NCBI GenBank assembly: GCA_964599075.1
Contig: CAZREG010000001.1
Span: 123,017-187,016, forward strand
From: an uncultured Spirochaetaceae bacterium
GTDB lineage: Bacteria > Spirochaetota > Spirochaetia > DSM-27196 > SLST01
Length of the DNA: 64,000 bases
Reading direction: 5' to 3'
Positions 63,436 through 64,000 of this stretch are shown here, one piece after another; positions within the stretch are counted from its first letter, which is position 1, and every line of letters begins with the position of its first letter. The translations under genes were made by a program, and so were the position numbers. The notes beneath the pieces were generated by a model, which made no database searches, was not told the origin of the DNA, and saw only the letters and a list, made by a program, of their open reading frames with translations.

Positions 63436-64000
63436 GAGGGCCCCCGAAATGAGTACTCCTCAAGTGCCGCGACCGTCCCACCGTAGGCGCGCTCGATGAG
63501 CTCGCGCTGAAACATCTCACGGGTAGGTCCGCTTGCCACAACGCTGACGTTGAGAAGCACTACCCAGTCGAAGTAGTCGGAGACTGTCTGCAGGTCGTGA
63601 TGGACAACGATGACGGTTTTGCCGCGGGTGCGCAGCTGATGGAGAATCTCTATGATTGCCTGCTCCGTGACGGCGTCCACGGCTGCGAATGGCTCATCCA
63701 TGAAGTAGAGGTCCGCCTCCTGAACAAGTGCGCGGGCGAGAAACGTCCGTTGCTGTTGACCACCAGAGAGCTGACTGATCTGACGATGCGCAAACGCCTC
63801 AAGGCTCACCTGCCGCAACGCTTCCATGGCGAGCTCTCGCTCCCGTCTACCGGGCCGGCGTATCCACCCGACCTTCCGGTACAGGCCCATTGTCACCACG
63901 TCCAGTACCGATGTCGGGAAATCCCAGTCAACACTTCCCCGCTGCGGCACATACCCGACGCGCTCGCGCACCTTCTCGTACGGTCGGCCAAAGAATGACA
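63432..64000 (-). CDS. metal ABC transporter ATP-binding protein (TroB/MntA/ZnuC-like), 5' end outside the window
   Basis: Open to the window edge. ABC signature LSGGQQQR, Walker B LYFMDEPFAAVD, H-loop VVHHDL. 4-nt overlap with the permease gene. Confidence 0.85.
   Translation of the reverse strand, partial: SFFGRPYEKVRERVGYVPQRGSVDWDFPTSVLDVVTMGLYRKVGWIRRPGRRERELAMEALRQVSLEAFAHRQISQLSGGQQQRTFLARALVQEADLYFMDEPFAAVDAVTEQAIIEILHQLRTRGKTVIVVHHDLQTVSDYFDWVVLLNVSVVASGPTREMFQRELIERAYGGTVAALEEYSFRGPS

Noticed and set aside
62425-63486. 353-aa ORF antisense to permease 1
   Set aside because: Shadow ORF rich in Arg/Gly/Pro/His/Asp. The opposite strand has clear ABC-3 permease motifs.

Overview
High-GC bacterial chromosomal segment. 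Hand counts on single 60-nt lines give about 68% GC in typical coding sequence and 42-55% in a few regions. It is densely packed: about 58 protein-coding genes, many joined by ATGA/GTGA stop-start overlaps. I could not recognise any rRNA, tRNA, CRISPR array, transposase or integrase. Most genes are housekeeping: aspS, radA, xylB, tkt, leuB, hisA/hisE, pyrC, coaX, thrC, lysC, murA, rsmE, lgt, an S41 protease, a serA-like dehydrogenase, and MATE and MFS transporters. Signalling and envelope genes are unusually frequent among them: two class III nucleotidyl cyclases, a PAS-GAF-GGDEF protein, an ECF sigma/anti-sigma pair, a PspA module, a STAS protein, two atypical response regulators and a MinD-like/FapA pair. 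The repertoire (cyclophilin-FKBP fusion, Tro-like metal importer, DUF342/FapA, TraB) fits a free-living spirochaete-like organism, but taxonomy cannot be established from this window. Gene starts were re-picked by eye from the ORF track using overlaps, SD-like motifs and signal peptides. Family calls rest on remembered motifs, not on searches. Five items seem most worth a second look. (1) A Tro-type ABC importer in which both permeases carry a C-terminal DtxR-like winged-helix tail, one also has a Cys-rich loop insertion, and no separate repressor gene is in view. (2) A PspA/IM30 module with non-canonical partners (STAS-zinc ribbon, YbjN-like, atypical OmpR-type regulator), near a sigma-54 activator that has no DNA-binding domain. 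(3) A cyclase-wHTH-2TM-2TM-coiled-coil fusion protein. (4) A membrane protein / MinD-like ATPase / 992-aa FapA / Lgt unit that looks translationally coupled. (5) An AT-rich convergent spacer bracketed by an 18-nt repeat that contains perfect DnaA-box 9-mers. None of these is proven to be novel; each needs the database or structure checks listed under the finding.
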